The notes beneath the pieces were generated by a model that was given only the letters and a program-made list of their open reading frames with translations, did not search any database and had not been told where the DNA came from. DNA of 63,448 bases, counting the filler, from Parasitella parasitica NRRL 2501 (taxonomy: Eukaryota; Fungi; Mucoromycota), in the NCBI GenBank assembly GCA_025201805.1. It is 8 parts of 8 records of this genome, joined end to end, with 100 filler letters (N's around TTAATTAATTAA, not from the genome) between each part and the next. Parts side by side here need not be neighbours in the genome. Positions count along the whole stretch, not along the records: positions 40,710 to 52,720 come from MU619292.1; 7 more parts are not named here. The stretch is one strand, 5' to 3'. Positions 40,710-51,991 of the stretch are shown here, piece after piece. Position numbers and translations under genes: made by a program. Numbering within the stretch: position 1 is the first letter of the stretch; each line of letters begins with the position of its first letter.

Positions 40710-42269
40710 GTCTTCTCTATCAAAGAAGAATTCAAGAAGACTGTAACCACTGAGCTCTCTGTAGCCAAGGTCGAAGTTTATGAAGCTTCCAAATCCAATG
40801 TTATCACAAAGGTTGAGGTCGGTCAAGTTGCTGACGGTTCTGAAGTCATTGTTAATGTCTCCAAGCCTTCCCAGCAAATCATCAAACAAGAGATTGTCTA
40901 TGAATCTGTTGAACACGCTCAAAACGAAACCAAGAAAGCTTTAACATTTGCTGTTGCTGAAACGCAAAAGAAGATTTCCTCTTGGTATGCTATCTTGTTT
41001 AGCAAGATTAGATCCATCGAATTCAGCTCTGCTGCTGCTTACAAGAAGGAGGTCGATCTTATCGTGGCCGATGCGCTCAAGGAGGCCGCTGTTATTGTTA
41101 GAGAGTCTAAATCTTCAATTGAATTCAACTACTCTCTTTCTGAATCATGTTCAACTGATGTTGCTTCAACTGTTGCAAACTCTCAGAAGCAAGCTCTTGA
41201 ATCTTTGGATAGCATCTACGTTATTGTCACCGAGCAAACTTCTGCTATTCAAGAAATTGCATCCTCAGCAGATGTCAAAACTATTGAAGAAAAGATCACT
41301 GTCGTTGAAGAGCAATCGAGACGCAAGACTGAAAAAGCTCTTCAAAGCACTGCCGAGACCGCCATCTGTGCCGGTTTTGAAGGTAAAACTATTACTTGGG
41401 TTGAAACTGCTCAAATTCCTGCTTCGTTTAAAGACGTCAAGGTCTTTGCTTTTGATCTGGTTGATACAGTTGTAAACTATCGCGCTACTATTGCCAAAGC
41501 TTGGTTCCGACTTGTAACTCAAAAGAAGAATGCTTGCACTCTCTCCCATATTGATGTTGATGCATTGATTATTCGCTGGTACCACCTTTATCTTGAGCAA
41601 CGCATAAAGGCCAAGCATTCCGATAATGATATTTATGTATTGACAATCGCCTTGAAGTTGGTTTTGGCCGAATTCTCTGTTGAATCTTCTTTCGATGAAT
41701 ATGAGCTAAAGACCCTTGCTTCCGCATGGCTTCAACTGGAGCTCTTTGAAGATGCGTCTGCTAGTATCCGCAAGATCAAGCAGCTCCAAGGCGTATATAC
41801 GGTCGCTATTTCTCATGCTTTTACTATCCGCACCATGATGGACCTTGCGCGTAGTGGCTGTCTCTGCTGGCATGCTCAATTTACTGCTGATATGTTTGCC
41901 GCTTGCACCGTCAACAATGGTACTAGCACTGAGGTAACAGTAGTTTCCAACACGGCCATGCTTCTTGGTTTGGAGAACGCTGGCCAACTTGCTGTCGTTT
42001 CGTCTAATCCCAAGATTCTCGAAGCCGCCAAAGCCAATGGCTCGAAAACTGTATCACTTGATCGATTCTCTGCTGGAAAGAAGGAGCACAGCTTTGACAT
42101 CGAATTTGACGGGTTGGACATTTTCGCCGAAAGCTTTGAAACTTTTTATGAAGCCAAGATTCTCGCATCCACCAGCATTGAAGTCCCCGCCTCTCGCTCA
42201 TGGTTTCAAAGAGTAGTATCAACTGTCGCTGAAACAGCTGAATCAGTTAGTCATGCAATAATTGGTTAA
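40710..42269 (+). CDS. 3' part of a large protein with a helical region and a C-terminal haloacid-dehalogenase-like (HAD) domain
   Basis: The frame is open from the contig edge; FAFDLVDTVVNYR, AW.QL.LFED and AAKANGSKTV resemble type II haloacid dehalogenase motifs; strong codon bias. Confidence 0.75.
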   Translation, partial: VFSIKEEFKKTVTTELSVAKVEVYEASKSNVITKVEVGQVADGSEVIVNVSKPSQQIIKQEIVYESVEHAQNETKKALTFAVAETQKKISSWYAILFSKIRSIEFSSAAAYKKEVDLIVADALKEAAVIVRESKSSIEFNYSLSESCSTDVASTVANSQKQALESLDSIYVIVTEQTSAIQEIASSADVKTIEEKITVVEEQSRRKTEKALQSTAETAICAGFEGKTITWVETAQIPASFKDVKVFAFDLVDTVVNYRATIAKAWFRLVTQKKNACTLSHIDVDALIIRWYHLYLEQRIKAKHSDNDIYVLTIALKLVLAEFSVESSFDEYELKTLASAWLQLELFEDASASIRKIKQLQGVYTVAISHAFTIRTMMDLARSGCLCWHAQFTADMFAACTVNNGTSTEVTVVSNTAMLLGLENAGQLAVVSSNPKILEAAKANGSKTVSLDRFSAGKKEHSFDIEFDGLDIFAESFETFYEAKILASTSIEVPASRSWFQRVVSTVAETAESVSHAIIG

Positions 42270-42753
42270 ACAGTAATTTGCTATCATATTATAATTAACA
42301 CTTTTTAACAATAAACAACAAGTTAAAAATTATGAATATTTAATGGCTTAATACTTTAATTTTCAAGAGATGACTTAATCTTAAAGATTGCATACAGGCA
42401 CTGCATCTGTCAAAGACCTGCAATCTGCCTTTTTAAACATTCAAGAGTGGATCGTACCTTGCTATCAAAATAAATATTACATAATAATCAAGACAGCTTT
42501 CAAGCACTCTGTAAGTCATGAACATGTCATATACTCAAGTCAATCATAGGATGCAAACATTGTCCTAAGTAATCTGTACTCTTTCGCACTCGTTTAGCTT
42601 ACTGTATATAAATGAACTGATGTTTACGGCCAGTTTCTTGATGTGTTACAAGTTGTTGGTACAGAAAGACATCATTTATCCCCTTTTCACCTTGAATATC
42701 AAGATTTTTATATGTTGTGATATGGATTTTTTATATATAATACATGATAGAGT

Positions 42754-43840
42754 TTAGTTGAACAAGGGCAAGTTAAAGTTATAGCTATAAGGATCATTGA
42801 ATCTCAAACCCTTCTCGAGAGAAGAAATCTTTTCCAAGTCGTCCTTGTCCAAAGACCAAGAAAAGATATCAAGATTAGAGTTGATACGTTCTTGGTTAGT
42901 ACTCTTGGGAATAACTGCAACGTTTCTCTCAGTAGACCAGCGGAGCAATACTTGGCCAGTAGTCTTGTTGTGTTTGGTAGCGATTTCCTTGATGATAGGA
43001 TGTTCAAGCAAAGGGGCAGCAGTCTTGCCGTCAGTAGTCAAATCAACGAATGAAGCAGGGCCGAAAGAAGAGTAGGCGGTGATGCAAATACCCTGAGACT
43101 GAACCCAAGAAACCAAACGGCTTTGCTGAAGGTAAGGATGAAGTTCGACTTGCAAAACAGCAGGTCTGATTTTGGCGTAAGTCAGCAAATCCAAGATGAG
43201 CTGGACATTAAAGTTGGAGACACCAATGTTACGAACCAATTTAGCATCAACCAGCTTCTCCATTTCGCGCCAACATTCGTGCATGGGAGAGGGCTCGAAC
43301 TCAATTTCATTCTTATTGGGTTGGTACCAGCCAGCGGGATATACTTGATCGATGTCAACATGCTTCAAGGGGACAGGGACTACATAGGCGCAAGGATTTA
43401 GCCATAAAGCAGCAGCCTTTCGTACAAATACTTACAATGAATCAGATACAGATCAACATAATCCAGACCAAGGTCCTTTAATTGCTTGTCAAAAGCACCA
43501 CGAAGTCTGTCCTTATTGTGATAAGTATTCCAGAGTTTGGTTACAACTACACAATACACGACGTGTTACTATGCATGTCCTTTAGGCGCACCTTAACCCA
43601 TAACTTACCAAAAACTTGTTCCCTAGTAACAATACCTTCGTTGATAGCCTTATTAATACCTCGGCCAACTTCAATTTCATTGCCATAATCAGCAGCGCCA
43701 TCGATTAAGCGGTAGCCAGATTTGATGGCATTGTAAATGGTGTCCTCAGCATCTTGAGGGGAAACTTTCCAGCAGCCAAAACCGACCAAAGGCATTTTGT
43801 CCCCAGTGCGATCCAAGGTAACATATGTTTGAGCAGCCAT
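42754..43840 (-). CDS. XYL1: NAD(P)H-dependent xylose/aldose reductase (AKR2B)
   Basis: [53 protein letters not shown] and GLRFNDP motifs; two introns. Confidence 0.93.
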
Positions 43841-44299
43841 CTTTTATTTAGGATGTATATATGGAAATAACAGTTGGAGTAAAAAAAATAAAAAAAAGGT
43901 GCTTTTTATATCTAAACGTGTAGAGATCCTTTTTCTTTTTTTACTCGGGAATATTACATAACAATTAATCCGGAAAGCTGCACTAGTTTAATTCGAAGAT
44001 TTATCTATAAAGAGAAAGGTGTAGACTGAAAACAGCCCTTAAAAGCGGGAGTGTAGCATTAATAAATCATAGGTCCTCTTGGATGAACCTTAATTTTTCT
44101 GTGGAGAAATGTCAAGTCTGGGGGTCGTTTGGGGGAGGGGATGGGGTGCCAATCAACTTTTTTGACACCTTTCTTTCAGCAAATCTCAGGAAACCAAACC
44201 TTCCAAGCAACTACACTATTAAAGATCTCCCTCTCAAAGACTGCAACTTTACTCAGGCAGGTACAGCACCGGTCCATCCCATTTGCTAGTACACGTTCT

Positions 44300-45690
44300 A
44301 GTATCATTACCCGAACCAGCTCTCAAATCTCAACCACTAACTCCTTTAACCATCGCTCATCAAAGATTCTTGTTTCGTCAGGTGTTACGTCAGACAAACG
44401 TCGTTCCTCTACCATACCAAATTCATTAGCGTTCCCGCTCATCAATCTGCTTGTATCAAGGCTCGACAACCAAGCCATGGTATCAACAATTTCCTGCTGA
44501 TTCGCCCAGTCCTCCCCCCCATCAGAAACTGAACTCCTCTCCTAATCTCTTTCAATGGGTCTCTGGGAATGTAAGTTCAGCTCAATCATCAAGCCGCCAA
44601 CTTAACAACTCAGGCTGCTGAGATCGCTCAACTTAATCAGCTCTTCCAACGCAATGTCCAACTTCAAACTGCATTCGATCCGTTTGCTTTCAACGCATAG
44701 CTGAACTTGAACAGGCAGCTTTTTTGCCCTCTTTCTACCCTTCAAGCAACAGTTCAGCCCTCCTCTACTGCAGCAGCTTCCTCCTGGGTGGCCGCGGCAG
44801 CCAATGACTCAATCAACGTTTAATGCCATACATGAATCAACTTAATAGCAAGCAACAGGCTAGTTTTATGCCAGGCCCATTTATTGGTGGTAATGGCATA
44901 ATTTTTGCATGCTACCAAGCTTATTGCTGAAAGGAAATCCTCTTCTTGCATTGGGCTTCTTCTGGACCAGGAAAAGGCTCACGACTACATCTACCCCGAG
45001 TGTATGCACGGCTTTTCACTCTGTTAGCTTACCCTCTACTCCCAATGGTAGCCTGGCATCTTAATTCTTTTCTACGCAAATACACATTAACATTAGACAT
45101 ATATCCTACGATTTTATTACACAACATCACGCCAACCGCCAGAGTGATCCTATATCCCCTTCCTTCTCTTCAACATTGCGTTTGATTCAGTTCTTTGCTC
45201 AGTTCAGCAGGATCTAGCATTTAAAGGCTTTGATCCTCCCCTTGATGGAGAAGCTGATGATTTGGCTGATGCCTTTACTGACTTATATCTTTAACCTGCA
45301 ACGTCTACTTCTACTATGAATACGATTATTGGCACTTTACAAAGCCTTACCATCAAACCTCTTCCTTCTTCAGATGATACCCAGGTGAAAATCTTGGACT
45401 ATGCAGAAGATACTCTGGTTTATCTTTGGCCATCACACTGTCTGTTCCAACTTTGCTGCATTGATCTTATTGCATCAGCTAATTCTTAAACTCAACTCTG
45501 TCAGTGCTGCGATCTCAGCCCTCATCCCCCACTGGGTCCAACCTTTCCTCCATCCTGGTAGACACTACCGCCTATTCCTTACGTGGTGGAGTTGGAGGCA
45601 TGCGTGTATGGTTTTCGATGATGTCCTGCTTCTTCCTCATTCAGTTACACAGTGTACTACTTATTCTTTCTCCCGTTCGGGAAAATGAAG
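44300..45690 (+). mobile_element. Heavily decayed L1/Tx1-like LINE
   Basis: Fragments QQASFMPGPFIG, LLLDQEKAHDYI, RQSDPISP and KILDYAEDTLVYL occur in RT order, with deletions. Confidence 0.75.
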
Positions 45691-45969
45691 TGCGGCCTGA
45701 TTTTTAGGTTTTAAAGTTTTGTAATAAAGCATTAGAATATGTAGTTTTGTGTGCTTTGAAGCTTATGTCTTTTAGGCAGTTAACCAAATGCACCTCGTGA
45801 AATACCTTAATACAAAATTTCTACCCTTTGACGGAAACAATGTTCTATATGAGCCTAAAATTGTATCTTTTAATGAGAATTATCAATATTATTCATATAA
45901 TGCCAAGTCTACGGTCTTTTTAATAGACGTTGCAAGCAAATATCTGATATTTAAGATTGTTTATGAGAA

Positions 45970-46070
45970 ATGAAACTGTTTTTGCACATAACTTTTGATA
46001 GAGACATTGTCCAGTAGAAACCAGGTGATGCTCAGATTGCGATAATCATGCCTGTTTGAATGGCGCATGA
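45970..46070. repeat. Dispersed repeat family I
   Basis: AAACTGTTTTTGC...ATAACTTTTGAT...ATGCTCAGAT...ATGCCTGTT recurs at about 58740-58870 and 59188-59300. Confidence 0.7.
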
Positions 46071-46309
46071 TGATACTGTAAGAGCGCGTATGGAGTCTCT
46101 ATAAATGGTGCAGCCATTATAAAATTAGAGCTACTACTGGATGCTACGTCTGAATGAAGCATGACAAAAAGTTTCAACCCGTGTCTTGTATACTTTAAAG
46201 AACAAATTTGTTGAGAAGAACCATTTTCTATAATGTACATGTGTCCATATTACATTTTTGCACTAAGAATACTAAAAGCAGCTTTAGAAGATATTGTAAC
46301 GCTTTGCCA

Positions 46310-46600
46310 AAATATCAAGACAGTCTCAAGAAGGTAAAAGAATCTGGCTACAAAGTAGTTGATATATTAGAAAATCATAAGTGAAGCGATTATGTTTGGT
46401 GAACCTAATGGTTGAAAAACTAATGACAAGATCGCTGGCAGATAGAGTGTTTGTCAGCCCAATTTCGGCAGCAGGCGATCCGTTTAACAAAAGAGATGGA
46501 AAAAAAACTGCAGAGTTAATGTCTCGCATAATTGCAAACGAAGACGCTCAAGTTAAGGAGAAGATTTGTCATTTCTGTTGACCTATTGACTAGACATGTT
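46310..46600 (+). pseudogene. Serine-recombinase (resolvase-like) fragment
   Basis: GYKVV(G)YIRKS with a 1-bp deletion, followed by RLCLVNLMVEKLMTRSLADRVFVSP..A.DPF.KRD; Y.R.S is the resolvase catalytic motif. Confidence 0.45.
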
Positions 46601-46739
46601 GAGATATACTTTTGATCGAAGTATTTGATTAAAAAAAAAGAGGTGAAGGACGTCTAAATGTTTATTCGAAACCCAGTATTTTCAGAAAGAAAAGCGTGTC
46701 TCACAGTTATATATTGGTTATTTCGTTCTAGTACACAAC

Positions 46740-47490
46740 ATGGCGGTAATGAGTACAGCTATGAACTGGAACATAGAAATTTAATCGAAAAAATTTGTAG
46801 ATAAATTGGTTGTTATTAGTCAGTAGACAAGGTAAAGTGCGTCTTACAAAGTGGTTTGTCACTATTCCACCCAAAGAAAAAGCAAAGATCGTAAAAGATG
46901 CTACACAGCTCGTATTAGCTCGACGAGTAAAAATGTGCAACTTTCTCGAATACAAAGGTAATTTCACTATACTTTATTTGCATCAGAATCCTAACACTCT
47001 ATACAGACCAGAAGATTGTATATAGAAGGTACTATCATGAACAAGCGGTTACAGATATCCCTATTAAAGCTATTGCATATATCAACGCAATAGATATGCT
47101 AGTCTCTTTTTTGTAGCGGGCATCAACCAAGACGACAACGAGTTGATCACACTCGAGATTATTCATCGCTATGTTGAGATACTCGATCGTTATTTTGGAA
47201 ATGTAAATACGTGCTCGTACTGTCCTTCTCCAACAACCGTTATTAAACTTGTCTTTAGGTATGTGAACTTGACTTGATTTTCAATTTCCAAAAGGTAGAT
47301 ACACACACATATGCATCTATTGATAGCTATGAGGTATTAATGATTGATAAAAAAAAAGGCATATTTTATCCTGGATGAACTTCTTATTGCAGGTGAATTG
47401 CAAGAGACGAGCAAAAAATTAGTATTGAGAGTGATCACGCAAGAAGACCAACTCGGGGAACAAGAAGGCAATGAACCCAAGGCCGGATAG
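46740..47490 (+). CDS. APS1: AP-1 adaptor complex sigma subunit
   Basis: [53 protein letters not shown] and [14 protein letters not shown] over six exons. Confidence 0.94.
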
Positions 47491-47587
47491 ATATCAATTT
47501 CATCAAGAAATAAATTATATTGTTATAAATGTCATGCGATATATCTTTAATGTCTATCGCTTGTAATAAATGCATATCTTGCCAAGT

Positions 47588-49409
47588 TTATTTCTTGTCC
47601 CGTAGATCCAATACTTTAAAATCATAATCTGCCGTCTTAACATGACCACCATTCTCAGCACCCTAATCATTGAAAACAAAGTAGTTGAGTAGGTGCGAGT
47701 ATTAAACCTTTATGCGGCAACTCACCGTGTATATCGGTAGATCAGGATGAGGATGGAATGCAGGAGTCTTTTTACAGTTGCTAATCACATCTAACCCTGG
47801 AGGATCTGTCAGCCGAAATATACCAAAGCTGTATACTCCAGATTAATATAAAAGTTCCCTAAGAATATGCACCCTCTTACTTTGGCTTTTGTGCCGGCGC
47901 ACAAACAATCGCAATTGCCTCTGGTAACATGAGCTGATATGAACAATGCGTGTGCAGGTCCACAGAACTTAAAAAGCAGGATTGTGTGGGATGTGTCTAG
48001 CAACATGACGAGTCAATAAAGACAAAGTAGATTATGGCTTTTCGAAAAATTTACATGAATCCACCCAAAAGTAAGCAAATCGTGCTTGTCTTGAATATCA
48101 AACAGATCCTCTTCATTTTCGGTCGTACATGTATCGGATGTGCCTATTTGCTTGGGTATAATCAACGTGGTGATTTTCAATACGTTGTTTTTCTAGCGAT
48201 TCGAGTCAGATTCAAGGTGATTTACATGTAGATCTCTCCCTTACCAATGTTCCTGCCAGTATACCACATGTCTCTATTTTGTTGTTTGTGTTTGGTTGAG
48301 CAATGGACAAAAACTTTGAGTGAATTCCTTCAGGCAACAACATTTTCCTCAACGGTTCTCCTCTTTCCGTAGATGCTATTCGAATTGCAATGAGTATAAC
48401 AACATCTATGCATAGTCTAACTGTCTTTACCGTCCGTCGAAGGCCCAGTTCCATACCCTTTTTTGTCATCCAATTGGATCTTTGGAGGAAGTTCGGGCCC
48501 TTGATTGCTGGATATTGGTATTTTCGGGGGCAATATAGGCAGGTTTGATGGTTTAGGCGGTAGATGAGGAGGCCTATCATTCTGCTGTTGCTGGATATGA
48601 TACTTGAACCTACAGTGCAAGTTTAAAATACTACCTTAGGATTTGTATGTTGTTGGACAATCACGTACCCATCACTTTGATTATGCAAGGACAAACTTGG
48701 ATAATCAGGCTTTTGATAGCCAGACACGGATGTTCTGTCATGCATAATACAGAAATGTCATTAATTTGTAGGCATTTTCCATGCAGTTACTTACGACGGT
48801 CCTTCGCTGTAGTCAATACCTACTACTCCCTTCAGTGCATCTTGTAAACTCCAATCGTTTGAAATGTCTGACGTATATGTTGGGCGCTTTTGCTGCTGGG
48901 ATTGCCATAGCGTCGCCTGCTGTGCAATTGAAGCTTCCTGATCAGCCTTTCGTGCGTCGTATATCTTCTTTAAATAAGAGTTGTATGCTCTTTCTAAAGC
49001 AGGCTTCATGGATTCCATTGACTCTAGTGCTTCCAAACAGTTCTAACAATATTCTTTTTAGCTATATTAATGAAGCGTTCAATGCAATTTTACTTTATTC
49101 AATATCTTCAAATTTCTCTTGTTTTCTATGTTTTTATAGGAAGGATGTTTTGGGAGCTCCGTTAGGCCTAGACTTTGAGAGAGAGAGAGTCAATAGCAAT
49201 TCACCTTGTATTCGAATATAAGGCCAAAACTACTTTGTATATTTCATATAAAGTACATAAGCGTGTTCTAAATCATTCTCCAGTTTATATACTCGAGCTT
49301 GTTTTAATAACAAGTCGGCAGAACGAAAATATAGCCGGATAGGAATGTTGGGATCAACCGTAATAGCTGCTTGGTTTCCAAGTTCAGTTGGAGATCTTGG
49401 TTTAATCAT
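47588..49409 (-). CDS. AMSH/STAMBP-like JAMM deubiquitinase (Sst2-like)
   Basis: N-terminal [13 protein letters not shown]...AYVLY domain; [45 protein letters not shown] and FHPH motifs. Confidence 0.9.
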
Positions 49410-49627
49410 GGTGAGTTACCAAGCAGAAAGGTTTAAAGGATGAAAAGTGAGCCAAGCAGAAAGTAATATCAGAAACACACCCATGATCCGGTCCGCATTT
49501 TTAGGCACACTGTTCTTTGCCCGCACTCGAATCCATCCATATTCCGCAACCCATAAAAGGAGTGCAGCGCTGACCCACTGGTTGAAGCTTTGAATCTCTT
49601 TCTTTAAATTTTCATCTATACACAAAG

Positions 49628-50967
49628 ATGGTAAAGTATCCAGACAAAACGAATTTAAAAGTCTATATCCATCTCGAGCATCCATCAGAGAACTTCCATC
49701 CATCGAAACCTGTACACGAATTGAGAAAAAGAGACCAGAAAACGATGTGTGTGTGTCCATCTGTGTCGAGATGGATGTTTGACACATTTCAACTATAAAC
49801 GTTTGCATTCATTCTAACAAACATGTTCAATTGTAGTCCGCTGCCAGACCTGTCCTCAACGTCTACGCCGAGTGCGGTAAGAATGTCTCTGCCACTGTTC
49901 CTCTTCCTGCTGTCTTTAAGGCCCCCATTCGTCCTGATATCGTCAATTTTGTCCACACCAACATGGCCAAGAACAAGCGTCAAGCTTATGCCGTGTCTGA
50001 CAAGGCCGGTGAACAAACTTCTGCCGAATCTTGGGGAACTGGTCGTGCTGTTGCTCGTATCCCTCGTGTCAATGGCTCTGGCACTCACCGTGCTGGCCAA
50101 GCTGCCTTTGGTAACATGTGTCGTGGCGGTCGTATGTTTGCTCCCACAAAGACCTGGAGAAAGTGGCACATCAAGACTAACCTTAACCAAAAGCGTTTCG
50201 CTACTGCCTCTGCTTTAGCTGCTTCTGCTCTTCCCTCTTTGGTTATGGCTCGTGGTCATCGTGTTGAAAAGATTGAGGAGGTTCCTCTTGTTGTCGCTGA
50301 CTCTATTGAAAAGTTGACCAAGACCAAGGAAGCTGTTGCTTTGTTGAAATCTCTTAACGCTTACGCTGATGTCGTCAAAGTCTCCAACTCTCGCAAGCTC
50401 CGTGCTGGCCAAGGTAAGCTCCGTAACCGTCGCCACAGACAACGCCGTGGTCCACTTGTCATTTACAACGAGGATAACGGTCTTGTCAAGGCTTTCCGTA
50501 ACTTGCCTGGCCTCGAACTCGTTAACGTTCGCCGTCTTAACCTTTTGCAACTCGCTCCTGGTGGACATCTTGGTCGCTTCATTATCTGGACTCAATCTGC
50601 CATTTCTCTCCTTGATGAACTCTATGGCACCTATGAAGCTCCTGCTACCTTGAAGAAGGACTATGTTTTGCCTGCTCACATCATGACTAACCCTGACGTT
50701 GCTCGTCTCATTAACTCTGATGAGATCCAATCTGTTGTGCGTCCTGCTGGCAACAAGCATCACAAGCGTCCCTTCACACAAAAGAAGAACCCCCTCAAGA
50801 ATCAAGGTGTTATGAACCGCCTTAACCCTTATGCCCAAGTCCTTCGTCGTGCTGAGCTCGTTAAATCTGAAAAGATTGCTGCTGGTAAGGTTACCAAGGT
50901 TCAAAAGAAGCGTTCTACTACCTCCATTGCTTCCAAAAAGTTCTTGGAAACTCTTCGTTCTGATTAA
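49628..50967 (+). CDS. RPL4: 60S ribosomal protein L4 (uL4)
   Basis: ATG micro-exon, intron 49631-49836, then SAARP...[23 protein letters not shown] and [15 protein letters not shown]. Confidence 0.97.
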
Positions 50968-51528
50968 ATTCGTTGCATCTAATACGTAATAAATCTTTAT
51001 TAACTATTCATGTTATAAAATATTATGCGTTTAATATATTTGTTTATTCAATATTTGCTTTTAGGAGGGACACATCGCGGAGTGGTGGACCCTGAGGACG
51101 AAAATTGAAACTATAGATTCTGATCTAATGAAGAGGAAGAGAGAGCAGAGAAAGACGGTATATATATTTATATATGAGGCTAAAAAAGAAGAAATTTAGG
51201 GATGAGGATCAAACGAAATTTGAAAAGAGAAATTAGTTGCGAAAACTTGATGATAATGGATAGTCCAAATAGCTTGTTGAATGCATGTAAATACATGAAA
51301 AGCGTATGAGTCAGGAAAAATAGGTGAGAGGAGGTGAAGAAAAAAAAAAGAAAGAGCTCAAGCATTAGACTGAGCACTGATAAATAAGCATTGACAACAT
51401 TCCAATTCATTTATCAGAAGTATTTAATCGATCTTGCAAGTTGTCGCTGATAATTGGCAGTTGACTGCTTCCCTAACATTCGTCAATTCTACTGAAGTTA
51501 CAGACCAAAATGCAAAAATAACATTATA

Positions 51529-51700
51529 CAGTCGTTCCAATGCCAAAGGGCAGTTTTTTAGAAAAATAGGCGAGTGATAAATTTGTTCAATGGACGTTTT
51601 TTTAAATCTCAATGGGCGGTTTCCTATAACCCTAAGGACGGTTTCTGATAACCCAAAGGGCGGGTTTTTTTTATTCCCAAAAGGCGGGTTGATTTTTCTC
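51529..51700. mobile_element. Tc1/mariner-like terminus (outer) with about 22-bp subterminal tandem repeats
   Basis: TA|CAGTCGTTCC start followed by about 7 degenerate CCAAAGGGCGGTTT units. Confidence 0.5.
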
Positions 51701-51736
51701 GAACTATCTTCAACCAAATGTCTTTATTCTTAAGTA

Positions 51737-51960
51737 CAGTCGACGAAACTAGGTTGGGCCAGTAAGAAAAAATTTGGGTCATTTTAAAATTGAATTTGGA
51801 CGTCGCAATGAAAGTGAGACACCAGTATGAAAATGGGACAGCAATATGAAATTGGGACGCCAGTATGAAAATGGAACAGCAATAAGTAGAAGGGGACATA
51901 TTAGTTTTTGGACCAATCAAACTTTTTTTTTCAATAGGCCAACTTCCCGTAAATAAGGGG
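51737..51960. mobile_element. Tc1/mariner-like terminus (inner) downstream of the Fanzor ORF, with about 19-bp tandem repeats
   Basis: TA|CAGTCGACGAAAC start followed by degenerate TGGGACGCCAGTATGAAAA units, best conserved at 51813-51890. Confidence 0.55.
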
Positions 51961-51990
51961 TGTCTTGCTGTTATGCAAGACATAGTATAG
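51737..51990 (-). ncRNA. Candidate Fanzor omega-RNA region
   Basis: Lies between the Fanzor stop and the putative element end, where omega-RNAs are known to be encoded; contains a perfect 8-bp stem at 51961-51982. Boundaries unknown. Confidence 0.35.
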
Positions 51991-51991
51991 C

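Noticed and set aside
50215-50904. 229-aa antisense ORF over RPL4 (similar ones over TGS1, XYL1 and the HAD gene)
   Set aside because: Expected shadow of codon bias; no recognisable motifs.
51750-51910. Repeat array beside a Cas12-related nuclease read as a CRISPR array
   Set aside because: The units are contiguous and degenerate with no unique spacers; subterminal transposon repeats fit better.
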